DNA of 64,000 nucleotides from a virus: IMG/VR virus record IMGVR_UViG_3300031669_005140; one strand, 5' to 3'. Shown piece by piece: positions 38,416 to 50,200 of this stretch (position 1 is its first letter; each line of letters starts with the position of its first letter). The notes under the pieces were generated by a model. It saw only the letters and a program-made list of their open reading frames with translations, ran no database searches and was not told where the DNA came from. The position numbers and the translations under genes were made by a program.

Positions 38416-39144
38416 ATGGCAGCGGTATCGTTAAAATTAAAAGAGTTCCGAGGGTTGCTGGATAATATGCTCAGGAAGCAATCTAGGGGGAACGTGGTAA
38501 CTGACGAGATGTTCAATACGCTCATCAATGCTGCCCAGTCAGAATACATGGACATAGAGAAAGGAAAGGCAGATATTAACAGCGATCTTACTGGAGAGTT
38601 GAAGCCGTTCTATGTTGAAGCGATTGGAATATCTATTGCTGGTGGCCAGTATACACTTCAGAACTATGCCAAGATACTAAGGGTGAATACTCTTTATAAT
38701 GATAGGTATGTGTTGTGTGATCTGGTAACATCATTGGAGGCAGAGATGCGGCTTGGTAATTCGCTTACTGGGCCTACGCTAAAGAACCCATTTGTAGAGG
38801 AGATGGCCGATTATCTTCTATTTTATCCAGCAACGATAACTACCGCTAACATAAAGTATATCCGAGAACCCAATGAGGCGTTTTTAGATTACTACTATGA
38901 TATTAACGGTAGCATAATTTACATGGATGAGGGAGCAACGCATACACTTTCTTCTGGTGAAGAGTATAGGGACGGAACAATCACAGGGACTATCTCTAGC
39001 CAAACGCAGGAGTTTGAGTGGGGTGTTCCAGACATTATGCACATTTTTGATATTGTTCTTAGGATGTGCAGCGTGGCCACAGATAGGCAGCTGTCCTATG
39101 CCATGACTAATCAGGATACAACAAGGAAGGAGCAATCGGTATGA
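38416..39144 (+). CDS. tail ring/tubular protein (P22 gp4-like)
   Basis: Synteny; FN..IN.AQ and YIREP patterns. Confidence 0.6.
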   Translation: MAAVSLKLKEFRGLLDNMLRKQSRGNVVTDEMFNTLINAAQSEYMDIEKGKADINSDLTGELKPFYVEAIGISIAGGQYTLQNYAKILRVNTLYNDRYVLCDLVTSLEAEMRLGNSLTGPTLKNPFVEEMADYLLFYPATITTANIKYIREPNEAFLDYYYDINGSIIYMDEGATHTLSSGEEYRDGTITGTISSQTQEFEWGVPDIMHIFDIVLRMCSVATDRQLSYAMTNQDTTRKEQSV

Positions 39145-39752
39145 CAAAAAGAGAAATGGTAGACTACTATCGGCACATAGCTGGTAAGTCAGACCAGACA
39201 GGTAAATACCATCCAGTAGTTGTGGAGAAGGCTGTAAGCGGTGCTTGCAATAGCATATTATATGAGACCTTTGCAAAGCATTTGCTTCAGAATCTCGACC
39301 TATATATGAAGACGTATACCGATATTGCTATCGCTTACGATTCTGCTACTGCCTCATACTACTCTGTTCTTCCTACTACCATTATGCAACTTCCGCTGGT
39401 AGGAGATGGTGTAAGAAATATAACTCCAAGCAAGGGTGATGACGTGCTATTTATTCCAATGACAACCGATGATGCAGCCTACTTTAAGAGCATAGAGGTC
39501 GGAGGAGTGATACCCCATATTGGATATACAGTATTAGGAGATAAGGTAATGTATGCCTGCAATTCATTAATGCTGGATACGGTAACTAAAGTAAAGATGC
39601 GGTTGGTTCGGCCATTTGAGGCATACGATGATGAGGAGGAGTTCTATGTTCCTTCTGGGCAAGATGAACGGCTAGATCAGCTGGTATTGACTAAGCTGGG
39701 GGTTATTAAGCCAGATAGTTTGAAAAACGATAATAACGGTAATCTAAGATAG
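39141..39752 (+). CDS. tail ring protein
   Basis: Synteny and size. Confidence 0.55.
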   Translation: MTKREMVDYYRHIAGKSDQTGKYHPVVVEKAVSGACNSILYETFAKHLLQNLDLYMKTYTDIAIAYDSATASYYSVLPTTIMQLPLVGDGVRNITPSKGDDVLFIPMTTDDAAYFKSIEVGGVIPHIGYTVLGDKVMYACNSLMLDTVTKVKMRLVRPFEAYDDEEEFYVPSGQDERLDQLVLTKLGVIKPDSLKNDNNGNLR

Positions 39753-39753
39753 T

Positions 39754-40452
39754 ATGGACATCTCTGGACTGATAAGGGTAGATAGCATTGCCTACGAGTA
39801 TATGATGAAGATGCAGCTAGACAGGTCGTCCTTGCTAAAGGTATTTGCCTACCTAGTAGATGGCTGGAGAGACTTAAATCTTTACCATATTTCTAATTTA
39901 GTATTCCAGAAAAAAACGCTGGATAAAAACAGTATGCTGTCGTTTCCTAACGATGCGTTGCTTATTAATCAGATATTTGTTGCCAAGGATGGAGAGATGA
40001 AGCCACTGTCTAGGAAAAATAGCCTAGTTAGAACTACCTCCTTGGTTGACGGAAACTTAACTCGGAGTGGTGTTGATGGAGAGAACGAGCCAGTGTCAGT
40101 AGATACGATGGGATTAAACGCAGAGCCATCTAACCCTTACGGGTTTTACAACATAAACAACAGGGATAGGACGATACTGTTTTTAACTGACGAAACGGAG
40201 GTTATTGTTGCCTACACTACCTCTGGCCTAAGTGGGTATGATACACTTATTCCTGTGGCCTATAAGCACGTATTACTGTCCTATGTTAGATGGCAGTATA
40301 GCCTAGATAATAAAGAATCCATGAATATGACGATGGTTTATAAGGATGCCTATACTGACAGCATATTAATGATGCGGGATATGCTTTCGGATTACTCGTT
40401 GTATGATATTGCTAGTGCCATGATCTCAAATACCCAAATACCAGGAAGATAA
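39754..40452 (+). CDS. tail ring protein
   Basis: Synteny and size; IPVAYKHVLLSYVRW. Confidence 0.55.
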   Translation: MDISGLIRVDSIAYEYMMKMQLDRSSLLKVFAYLVDGWRDLNLYHISNLVFQKKTLDKNSMLSFPNDALLINQIFVAKDGEMKPLSRKNSLVRTTSLVDGNLTRSGVDGENEPVSVDTMGLNAEPSNPYGFYNINNRDRTILFLTDETEVIVAYTTSGLSGYDTLIPVAYKHVLLSYVRWQYSLDNKESMNMTMVYKDAYTDSILMMRDMLSDYSLYDIASAMISNTQIPGR

Positions 40453-43400
40453 TGCAGCAGGTATCAAGAATTAATCTGTATGGTGGTGGACTGAACAGTG
40501 ATGATAGCGTAGAGCGAATGTCACAGGCAGATGGTAAGGAACGCTGGAACCTTGCCTATGGAGATAATGGTGATGGACAAGACCTTGTTCCTGCCAATGG
40601 CCATAGGGAACTACCGCTTGGATTTGATTTGGGTTCGTATGACGGAGAAGTTCTTGAGTCGTGCAAGGATATAGAAACTCAATGCATTTATGCTTTCGTT
40701 AACGTAGGAAGTGATCACCTATCACACATACTAGAATTTAATGCCAATACAGAGGTTATTTCTGTCGTATTAAAAGACATTCCTTTCAATGGTGGTTTTT
40801 TTAGGATTTTAGATTTTCCGGTTGGTGGATATGTTTCGGCCAAGGTGATGGATGGGAAGTTATTCTTTGCTGATGGTGTAAATGAGCTAAGGAAACTTAA
40901 TATTCAGCGGGCTAAGAACTATGTAGATTTTGTTTCAAACAAACTCGGTGGAGTCCATTTTGAGTATCATCTCCCTAATACTGTTCTTTTTAGTGCGTAT
41001 GATTCTATTTATGTAAATGGCAGGGGTGCTTTTTATGATTCACATGGAGGATTTGATGGAATAGATTATAATGTTGGAGATGCATTCGGATTTACCTATC
41101 TTGATCCAATTTATAGCTGTTATTTTTTTAGTCCGCTGTATAATGGTTATCAAAAGACGTGGAACCAAGACCAGCTAAGCCTGAATAAACCTCCATGCCT
41201 AGAGACTATAAATGCAAGTTACTATAATGATCCTTCTTTTATTGGGAACTACGTATCCGAGAAGGCGTTTAAGTTTAAAATAAAAAATATTTACTACGAT
41301 TACGAGGAGTCTGTTTGGAGTTCTGCTTCGAATATTCCTCTTGATGATACAATTGATGGGTTTGGTGAGAGCAAGAATATTTATAATTCTATTAGTCTTC
41401 AGATTCCATGTCCTAACCCAGACGTTAAGAGCATAAAAATAGCCTGCTGCGATTGTGCTGAAAATATATGGTATGAGGTAGATACCATTGATGTGTCTAC
41501 ATTTAACGGTGTCTCTGTGTATACCTATCTTTTTTATGGGAATAAACTTGGAGATTCAATTCCATTAGAAGATATTAATAAACCATATCATTTTGTTCCA
41601 ATTGCTAGTGATCATATCGCCATAGCAGACAATAGGATAATAGTAGGAAACAATGTGGAGGATTATGATGTAGCAACATCGGATATTTCTGTCATACCTG
41701 AAATTGTAGATATAGAAACAGCAAGCGATTATCTGTCTATTTCTTCTTCGAGAATAGTTACACAGAATAATTTTGAAGTTGCACAGGCATCTGGTACAAA
41801 TAAGCATCTTCTTACTCAGTATGTTGATTTTTACTCACCGCTGGGCCTAAGTTCTATCCCTCCAAGTTCTGTTACTCCAGGGATGAATGATAAGACTATT
41901 TCTCTTAGCAATTCATTTTCAACTGTTACATCGGCTAACGTATCGTTGAGTTCAAACGGAGTTCAAACGGTATATGATTTTATACATGCATTTTCTCAAA
42001 CCTTAAACAATGTTTCTGCGCATTTAGAGTCTAACGGTGATGATCTTGTTGTTGTTTGTTATGATGCACAATCGTTTGTTACTGACATTGACGAGCACCA
42101 TATTCGTCTTACCGTTGTTTATGGGCTAAGAGCTTGGGCTTATATGAGTTCTGTTGATCATCCTGAAAACGGATGGGACTTTACTGCTGGAGGGTTCGAT
42201 TCTATATCTCCCAATGAATTTGTAAATACAAATGGAGGGGATTTATATTCGTACTATATGTTTAGTGGTATTCCATCTGGGTTCTTTTCAGAATTCTCTA
42301 TTATGCCATCTACTCTATCCGTAACAGGGTTTACATCTGCTTCTGTTGGGAGCGTAAATAGGACATACACATCTGGGAGTGCCATATCTGTTGGAATAGG
42401 TTATTACGATCATTGCGGTAGGTTCATGCCTATAACGAAGAGTAAGGATGTTTTTATTCCATTAATGCCAGCAGAGAGTAAGAGGTGGAGACTGAATGTA
42501 AATATTACTGGTGATGCTCCGTCTTACGCTGAAAAATATTCTATATTTCAAACTGAAAGCAATATTCAGGATAAGGCTCAGGTAATATTTAGTCCAACAG
42601 GAGATGCTTTTTATGGAGGAGTTGTTGGTGATGTTCAAACCATTGGAGGAGAGCAAGGTAACGCTATGCTTGACCTTTATCTTACCGGAGTTGATCCAAC
42701 CAATACGGATAATGGTGTCCTTTATTGGGGGTTAGATTCTGGCGACGGTGTTCCTCAACTTACAATTTATAGTGATGCTTCTTGCACAAAGCTTGTAGCA
42801 ATGACACTAAGAGAAAGACATAAGGCTAATAGATGGGCTGGAAATGATTGGGTTATATCTGGCCTGTTTGGTTCTGGAAATTATTCTGGAGGCATGATGA
42901 ATGGTCTTAAGAGTAACTATTCAGATGCAAAGGCTAGAGAAAGTAAGACCGGAATATCATACCAATCGGCATCCGTAGGGACAGTCCAAACGGCAGGAAG
43001 TGTTCTAAAATTAGAGGTCGATGCCGATCAGAAGCGAATGATTCTTAAGTTGAACATTTTTGGGATGGGAACGAGTATTGGTGGTTATGTTGTTGTTAGA
43101 ACAAACATGGCTGACGTTCCTGCTAGTAGCAGCAATCAAATTATAACAGAGCTATATCAAGGGCTGCATCAAATAGATGTTACCAAATACAACCAAGATG
43201 AGTTAAACCGTTACCGATTTAATATCGCAAGTTATCTCAACGCGCTCAAACGATATGATACAAAAGATGGATACAATCCAGAGGTTGGAGACTATGTTCG
43301 TGTGATAAAGTCTGATGCTGGATATAATACCAACGGAGAAATATTACGAATAACTAAGTTGGGTGATATTTATACTAGCAACGGGGGATATTTCCAATAC

Positions 43401-44942
43401 GCCTATGTTTATACCGAAAAGACGGATAGTGTTTACTCTTTTCAGCATGGAGGAGTAATAGAATTACTTAAGATAAAGAATACTCAACAGTCTATTTATT
43501 ATAGTGAGTCTGTTATTAGGGATGTAGTATACTCCAACGGGCACTATGTCCATGTCGGAGATGGGGTGATTAATGGAGCCGTTAATATAAAGGTGGATGC
43601 TGGTACTGCGTATATGCGCCCAAGGTATCTTGTAAAACCAAACGGAGATGTATCAGACTATAGCTATTTGGTAGAAGATTACCGTATTAGTGATGCATAT
43701 AAGTCTAGGGTTTATTCCTATGGCCAGCTAAATGTGTTGGACAAAACCTCTCGTCAGAGAAAATTATTTAGCGAGATAAGGCATGGTGGTCGGTTGCTAG
43801 ATGAAACTAAGGTTAACAAGACTTGTGAGTTCAGCTATGCAGATACTACGATGCTTGATGAAAAGTTCGGAGCCATTTCTGGACTTGAGGTTGATGGCAA
43901 TGTCCTTAAAGTGTTTCAGAGAAAGAATGTAACGTCAATTTATATCGGGCAGAATATCATCAAGCAAGCCAACGGTGGAGACCAGTATGTAATCAGCGAC
44001 AAGGTGTTAGACGCTGTTCGACCATCTACTCAATTGTATGGAACAGAATACTCAAGGAGCATAGTAAACGTAAATGGGGACATATACTTTTGGGACAAGG
44101 CATCGTCTTCACCCTGCAAGGCAACTCAGGGAGGTGTATTCCCATTGGCAGGAAGGGTATCTGATGCTCCGAACGCAGCAGACTTCAAGATGGCTAGGTT
44201 TTTTGAGAGTATGGTTGCTAAGCAGAACACCTTTGCAAAAAGCGATGTTATAGCCTCATACAGCCATAAATATCGAATGGTGATGTTCTCGTTCATCTTC
44301 TCCGACATAATCGGTAATATAAGCCCAGAATCGCTAACAATTGGATTCCATGAGCCAACTGGTAGGTGGTTTATGAAATATAACTTTGTGCTGGATAACT
44401 TTCAGGAGATTAGTAGCCGATCTTATACGCTTGCTTTTGATATTGCGAATACTCCCTCTTCTGTTCCTGTGTTTATGTCCATATTTGAGGGAGCAGATGC
44501 ACTGGCATTTGGTAATCTATCAACGGAGCGTGTAGGAGAGACACTTGCACAGCATGGGGTATTAGAGGTCAATGCCAATAATCCTATTGGTTCCAGAAAA
44601 ATCTACGATGCCGTATTGATGGATATGAATATTGGGGTGTATTATGGGGACAAAAATTCAAGGATACTAACATTCGACACACCTTCTTCTCCAACGCTAA
44701 AGGCTCAGAACTCTTATGTTAACCTATCATCGCTTAAACCAGAAGAGAACAGGATGGTAGTTAACATTCCAAGGAACGCTAACACCTATGCTGGGAAGTC
44801 AGCAGTACAGAACATGCGTAATGGCGATGAGATGCAGGGTGAAAACTTAAAGATAACCATGAGCATGAATAAGGCTATTTTTGAAGATGTTCCAGACTAC
44901 TCTATTAGAGAAATAGATGTAGTTACAAGTTCGTTCAGATAG
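40452..44942 (+). CDS. tail stabilisation/muzzle protein (P22 gp10-like)
   Basis: GGLNSDD start, LFFADGVNELRKLNI, NRIIVGN, LDEKFGAI, YFWD motifs. Confidence 0.75.
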   Translation: MQQVSRINLYGGGLNSDDSVERMSQADGKERWNLAYGDNGDGQDLVPANGHRELPLGFDLGSYDGEVLESCKDIETQCIYAFVNVGSDHLSHILEFNANTEVISVVLKDIPFNGGFFRILDFPVGGYVSAKVMDGKLFFADGVNELRKLNIQRAKNYVDFVSNKLGGVHFEYHLPNTVLFSAYDSIYVNGRGAFYDSHGGFDGIDYNVGDAFGFTYLDPIYSCYFFSPLYNGYQKTWNQDQLSLNKPPCLETINASYYNDPSFIGNYVSEKAFKFKIKNIYYDYEESVWSSASNIPLDDTIDGFGESKNIYNSISLQIPCPNPDVKSIKIACCDCAENIWYEVDTIDVSTFNGVSVYTYLFYGNKLGDSIPLEDINKPYHFVPIASDHIAIADNRIIVGNNVEDYDVATSDISVIPEIVDIETASDYLSISSSRIVTQNNFEVAQASGTNKHLLTQYVDFYSPLGLSSIPPSSVTPGMNDKTISLSNSFSTVTSANVSLSSNGVQTVYDFIHAFSQTLNNVSAHLESNGDDLVVVCYDAQSFVTDIDEHHIRLTVVYGLRAWAYMSSVDHPENGWDFTAGGFDSISPNEFVNTNGGDLYSYYMFSGIPSGFFSEFSIMPSTLSVTGFTSASVGSVNRTYTSGSAISVGIGYYDHCGRFMPITKSKDVFIPLMPAESKRWRLNVNITGDAPSYAEKYSIFQTESNIQDKAQVIFSPTGDAFYGGVVGDVQTIGGEQGNAMLDLYLTGVDPTNTDNGVLYWGLDSGDGVPQLTIYSDASCTKLVAMTLRERHKANRWAGNDWVISGLFGSGNYSGGMMNGLKSNYSDAKARESKTGISYQSASVGTVQTAGSVLKLEVDADQKRMILKLNIFGMGTSIGGYVVVRTNMADVPASSSNQIITELYQGLHQIDVTKYNQDELNRYRFNIASYLNALKRYDTKDGYNPEVGDYVRVIKSDAGYNTNGEILRITKLGDIYTSNGGYFQYAYVYTEKTDSVYSFQHGGVIELLKIKNTQQSIYYSESVIRDVVYSNGHYVHVGDGVINGAVNIKVDAGTAYMRPRYLVKPNGDVSDYSYLVEDYRISDAYKSRVYSYGQLNVLDKTSRQRKLFSEIRHGGRLLDETKVNKTCEFSYADTTMLDEKFGAISGLEVDGNVLKVFQRKNVTSIYIGQNIIKQANGGDQYVISDKVLDAVRPSTQLYGTEYSRSIVNVNGDIYFWDKASSSPCKATQGGVFPLAGRVSDAPNAADFKMARFFESMVAKQNTFAKSDVIASYSHKYRMVMFSFIFSDIIGNISPESLTIGFHEPTGRWFMKYNFVLDNFQEISSRSYTLAFDIANTPSSVPVFMSIFEGADALAFGNLSTERVGETLAQHGVLEVNANNPIGSRKIYDAVLMDMNIGVYYGDKNSRILTFDTPSSPTLKAQNSYVNLSSLKPEENRMVVNIPRNANTYAGKSAVQNMRNGDEMQGENLKITMSMNKAIFEDVPDYSIREIDVVTSSFR

Positions 44943-44973
44943 TAATTCGTATATTTGCTTAATATTTTGGAAT

Positions 44974-45708
44974 ATGCTAGAAGCGATTAGTTTAGGATTG
45001 GGAGGAGCAAAAACACTTTACGGTCTATACCAATCTTACCAAGCGAAACAGGATGCAAAGGCTGCTCAGGAGCAGATGGTCAAGGCCGCTGCTATACCTA
45101 GTGCTGTTTATAACATGGTGGGGTTGGCCGAGAAGAATAGAATGTCTGGTATGCCAGGCGAAGATTTGGCTAAAGACCAGATTCGTTCTAGCACCCAGTC
45201 GGGAGTAAATGCTGTTGAGAACGTAGCTACCTCTTCTAGCCAAGCAATCGGAGCACTCGGAGATATGTTTACCAACGAGCAGAGTAACTTAAAGAAGTTA
45301 GCTCTTAGCAGATCACAGTATCAGCAGCAGCAGGATCAAAACTACATGGGAACATTGAATACGCTGGCACAGTATCAGTCTCGATTAAGTCAGGCTAAGA
45401 TGGGCGTTGCCAGCCAGCAGTATAGCCAAGCGGTAGCACAAGGACAGGGTGCTATTCAGAATATCTGGAGTGGGGCAAGCGATGTTCTTGGATATTTCGC
45501 ACAGCAGGAGGCCACTAAGAATAGGTCTGATGAAATAGATAAGATATATGGTAGAGGAAAATATGCACCGGTTGTTCCAAAAACGGCAGATAATATTACT
45601 CCAATGAGAACCATTGATAGCAGCAGTGCTCCTACTGCGTTGGATATGTATGGCTATCCTGCTGTTGGAAATGAACTAAACTTACCCGATAATAATCTTT
45701 GGAAATAA
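44974..45708 (+). CDS. ejection/cargo protein 1
   Basis: G/A-rich hydrophobic N-terminus and Q/A-rich helices; own promoter TATATTTG at 44950. Confidence 0.6.
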   Translation: MLEAISLGLGGAKTLYGLYQSYQAKQDAKAAQEQMVKAAAIPSAVYNMVGLAEKNRMSGMPGEDLAKDQIRSSTQSGVNAVENVATSSSQAIGALGDMFTNEQSNLKKLALSRSQYQQQQDQNYMGTLNTLAQYQSRLSQAKMGVASQQYSQAVAQGQGAIQNIWSGASDVLGYFAQQEATKNRSDEIDKIYGRGKYAPVVPKTADNITPMRTIDSSSAPTALDMYGYPAVGNELNLPDNNLWK

Positions 45709-47267
45709 TGGCTAGCGTTAATCCTTATATACTACAGGGCAATGTTGGGTTAGAGGCTCAGAAGAGTTTTGATAATTCCATGCTTCAGCTAAAGATGCTG
45801 GCCGTTCAGGAGCAGAAAACTAGGGAGGCTAACTTCATCAAGATGATGGATGTTAAGACCGTAAACATGGTTAAGGACAACGCTCAGGCCGAGCAACTCA
45901 AGAGGGTGTCGACACTGAATACGGATATCGCCAAGATATATTCATCCACCAACTATAATCCTGCACCAGAACAGGTGTTGCAGATAGAGCAGAAGAAGAG
46001 AGATTTGATGCAGTGGCAGCAGTCTATTCTTCAGTATCAGGATGCATACGCAAAGGATAGGGCAGCGTTGGCACAGGATGCTGGACAAAAGTTTGACATG
46101 GATGAGGGAATGCAGGTGTTAAATGGATGGAACGGTACTACCCCTTATACGCAAGGTGACGCCATAGTCCCCCTTCCAAAGAACATGGCTCAACTTATTC
46201 ATACGATCGTAGACGACATTGCGCCTATTGATCTGAATTTGAAGAGTGTCGTTAAAACAGATAAGGGCAGTACCGAAGAAACCTATAACTATAGAAGTTC
46301 TATATATTCAAATGTTAATGGGAAGCAGGTTCTAGACCAATCGAAATATGATGCACTAAAACAGCAGTTGCTAGATAATAAGGATATTCAGTATGGTGCA
46401 TCCTATTTTATAAACAAGCAACTCAACGGATATACCTTACAGTTTTCTAATGGAAAATATATGAGGTCTGTTGATGTTGATTCGCAAACACAAAAAGCAG
46501 CGCAACAGGCTTTGCTAGATCACTGGGGCGTAAGCACGCTTGATGCGGTTAAGGGGAAAATATTGGATGCTACGTTGTATAATGTAGTTGCTCCAGTTAA
46601 GGGAAGCAGCACGGTTTTAGATAACACCACGGACAATAACGGTAGTGGAGGCTCTAATGGAATTAAGTTAAAGCCAGGCATGAAGACAAACTTTACCTTT
46701 ACGTTCGATAACGGTCAGCCAGACGAGACTTCTGAGGCTACGGCTTTTCAGGGAACATTGCCAACGGTAAACTTCAACGCTAAAGATTTAGGGCCAAGCA
46801 ATTTTAGAGGAGCTATTAACGCAGGAATAACCGTTCTAGGGCCAAAGTATATGGTTGTTAAGGCAGCAGGGGTGAAGACGGTAGACTATAGTGCTCCTTC
46901 GCTTGAAGCACATAAGACTGGACAGGCTGATAATCAATTCGGCAAGGGTGGCTGGGTTACTGTAACTAAAATGGTTGATGGTAAAACGGCTGTGGATAAG
47001 AACGGAAAGACCATTTACGAAATTAGGCCATTGAAGACCGAGAACGAACGAATGATGACTATCCCTGTTACAGCAGATAGGCTAAAGCAGGCAGGTAAAA
47101 ACGTAGTTAACCTTTACAATAAGATGTTTGGTGATTCACCGGACAATGTGTTTAAAACAAAGAGTTCTCCTAATGCGCCAGAAATATCTAGTGTTAAGTT
47201 AACACCTGCTCAGGAGACCGCTTTAGAACGGTATAGAAAGAAGTCAAAAGAATTAACTGGTAAGTAA
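45708..47267 (+). CDS. ejection/cargo protein 2
   Basis: Helical N-terminus; middle gene of a small-medium-large triad. Confidence 0.55.
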   Translation: MASVNPYILQGNVGLEAQKSFDNSMLQLKMLAVQEQKTREANFIKMMDVKTVNMVKDNAQAEQLKRVSTLNTDIAKIYSSTNYNPAPEQVLQIEQKKRDLMQWQQSILQYQDAYAKDRAALAQDAGQKFDMDEGMQVLNGWNGTTPYTQGDAIVPLPKNMAQLIHTIVDDIAPIDLNLKSVVKTDKGSTEETYNYRSSIYSNVNGKQVLDQSKYDALKQQLLDNKDIQYGASYFINKQLNGYTLQFSNGKYMRSVDVDSQTQKAAQQALLDHWGVSTLDAVKGKILDATLYNVVAPVKGSSTVLDNTTDNNGSGGSNGIKLKPGMKTNFTFTFDNGQPDETSEATAFQGTLPTVNFNAKDLGPSNFRGAINAGITVLGPKYMVVKAAGVKTVDYSAPSLEAHKTGQADNQFGKGGWVTVTKMVDGKTAVDKNGKTIYEIRPLKTENERMMTIPVTADRLKQAGKNVVNLYNKMFGDSPDNVFKTKSSPNAPEISSVKLTPAQETALERYRKKSKELTGK

Positions 47268-47278
47268 AATATACAATA

Positions 47279-50200
47279 ATGCCAATTAGAAAGTTTTCGG
47301 TAAATGGAGAAGTTCTAAGCATCCCCGATGAACAGGTCGGTGATTTCCTTAAGGATATTCCACAGGCAACTGAGGTTAACCAGTTTGTTGTTGGTAAAGA
47401 TACACTCACCATTCCGTTGGATCAGGTAGATGAGTTTTTAAAGGATGTCCCAACGGCCAAACCATTGGATGCAGTAAAAAAAAAAGAAGACTCGCAAAAA
47501 AGTCCAAGCGAACCAGTATCTTTGGATTTGCAAAGCCAAAGCACCGATTTACCAAAATCTGTAGAGCAATACTCGCAGGAGTTGCCAGGCGTCCAAAACG
47601 ATCTGAGCCAGCCCCTCGTTTCTTCCGAATCAAAATCGAAATCATTTTCCCAGCAGGTAGCTGGTTCTGGCATAACAAATAAGCAGATAGACGTATCTAG
47701 CACGCCTATTAGCGGTGCAGCATTAGACCTTAATGTTCGTAAGAATACTCGCAAAAATATTGCAGAGATATTACCCTCGTTGCAGGAGCAGAAGGACGAA
47801 ATATCTAAGCAAATAAACGATTGGAATCAGCAGCATAAGTATATATATGAAGGTTCTGGGGAGAAAATTCCTGCTCCAATAGTTTCTGGTGCTGGTGCTA
47901 ATTTTAATTCAATGGCAGATATGCCAATGCCTACTGAATTAGTAGAATTACAAAATAAATGGAAGAATATTAATACGGCTCAGGATATGCTTCAACGAGC
48001 ATACGATGCAGCTGATCCAGAAAAATCATCTCATGGGTCTAATACGTTTGGTTGGGGCGGAAGATTTCTGTCCTCTTTTAAGGATGCAGACTGGATGGAT
48101 GTCTTAACCATGGGCATAAAGGGCATGGTAGAAACTACAGATGTTATTAATATTGATCAAAAAGCACAAGGAGAAGGCTTGACTACATTAGATGCTCCAG
48201 ACAAGGCATTACTTGCGGCATATGCTACATTAAAAGATGTGCAAGGATTTCGCGATCATAGTGTTGCCTCTAGTGCTGGAGATATGACTATATCAGCGAT
48301 TCCATTTTTGGTTCAGTATGCTCTAACTGGTGGAATTGGAGCAGCAACTAAGTTAAGCATAGAAAAGGGAGGTGCAGCATTACTTGCCAAGTTTGGTGCT
48401 AATTCTGCTGCGTCATCTATGCTTCGTGCTGGAATAAAAGGAAGTGCATTTGTTGCACAAGGAACGGTTAGATCGCTATTTACCACTATGGCTCCAGAGG
48501 CCGTTTTGGATAGGAAACTAGGAACTGAGGCAATTGTTGGTGGTATTGATAAGGATGGTCAACTAAACGTTAAAAGTATTGCCCCAGGAGAGGGATGGGG
48601 CGAAGCAGCAGCAAAGGGATTAACCACCAATGCTCTTACATTTGTATGGGCAGGTGCTGGAGGAATGATAACAAAGGGATTAGGTGAGGTTGGAACTAAA
48701 ATTGGTGGCGCAGTTGCTCCAAAATTGATGAGCAGAATGAACGCCTATGCTAGTGTTCTTTCAAAGACGGAGGCGGGGCAGTGGATGGCCAAGACATTTG
48801 CAGACAAGGCTGTGTTGGGTCGGGCTAAGACAGCGATGGGATGGCATGGGTTTGTTGGACAGATAGGAGAGATGCTGGGAATGACCTATAGCCAAGCAGC
48901 CGTTACTGGAGATAAACCTATACTAGATGCTGTAAGCAGAAAAGACTTATTGACAATGATGGCCAGCGTAGGAGCCATGAGTGGAACGTTTTTAGCATTA
49001 AATGCTTCATTCAAGGGTAAGGCAAAACCTGAAGCGATAGATATAGACCCAGAGTTGGCCAAAGGAATAGATGATATTATTTCCAAGAATAAGGATGCTA
49101 CTGATATTGCTGTTGAACTTGATTCTTTCTTTGCTGCTAATGCCGCAAATGATAAGGAGGCTAATTCGTTATTTTATTATGCGGCCAGTAAACTTAGAGA
49201 AAAAGGTAAGAATGCGGGAACTGATGTAACCGATGGTTTAGACGGGAAGGAGTCTGCTGCTGTTAAGGCTACTCTTGATGAGTATGTTGCAGGGCAGAAA
49301 GAGATGTTATCCAAGGAAGGTGCTCACCCTTCTGATTTAGCGGATATAAGAGAGGGCGATATAGATGCAGATGCGTTAGACCATGGTATTGCCAAGAAGG
49401 TAGAGGATGCTGTTCCAGATGTTGTGGCTAAAATTAATGAGCTGGAGACAGCCAAAGCAAAGCTATACGATAGTAATCTCGAAGAGGGTAATGTTTCGGA
49501 CATATCTATGCAAGAGTCCGAAATAAACGGACAGTTGAAAGATTTATATGCACAAAAGAATGCCAAGAGGCAAGAAATACTAGATAGCTGGAAACCAGAA
49601 AAAACTAAATCAAAAACGGAGGACGTAAATAATGAAGAAGCAATCAAAACTGGGATCGGGGAAACGGTTCAAGAAAGTGGAAGAGGCAGCAGCGAAGTCG
49701 GGAGCAAAGAACCCAGCAGCAGTAGCAGCAGCCGTGGGAATGAAGAAGTACGGCAAAAAGAAAATGGAAGCAATGGCCAAGAAGGGCAAAAACCGAAAGA
49801 AGAAAGACCTGTCGGAAAAGCAGGAGAAGGCAATGGGCAAGAAAACGTAAAGCCCATAGATGAGCAGATTAGGTCATTAGAGGCAGAGCGAGATGCCAAG
49901 ATTGCTGAAATTCCTTCGGATAAGACAGCAGATATTCAGGCCGTGAAGGATGAGTATGGTAAAAAGATAGATGAGTTAAAAATTAATGTTGGAGGAACAG
50001 AAAATGCCACTGGGGAAATCGGTAAGCAAGAATATAAAGGAACTCTACAAGGACAACAAGAAGAAGGGAAAAGCACGGGGAGCGAACGGAAAGTTACGCA
50101 GCCGGAAGCAGATAATAGCAATAGCGGAGAGCGCAGCGGGGAAATCAAGGCGCAAGAAGAAGTAGTTCCGAAAAAGGAAAAGTCTCAGTCGTGGGCCATG

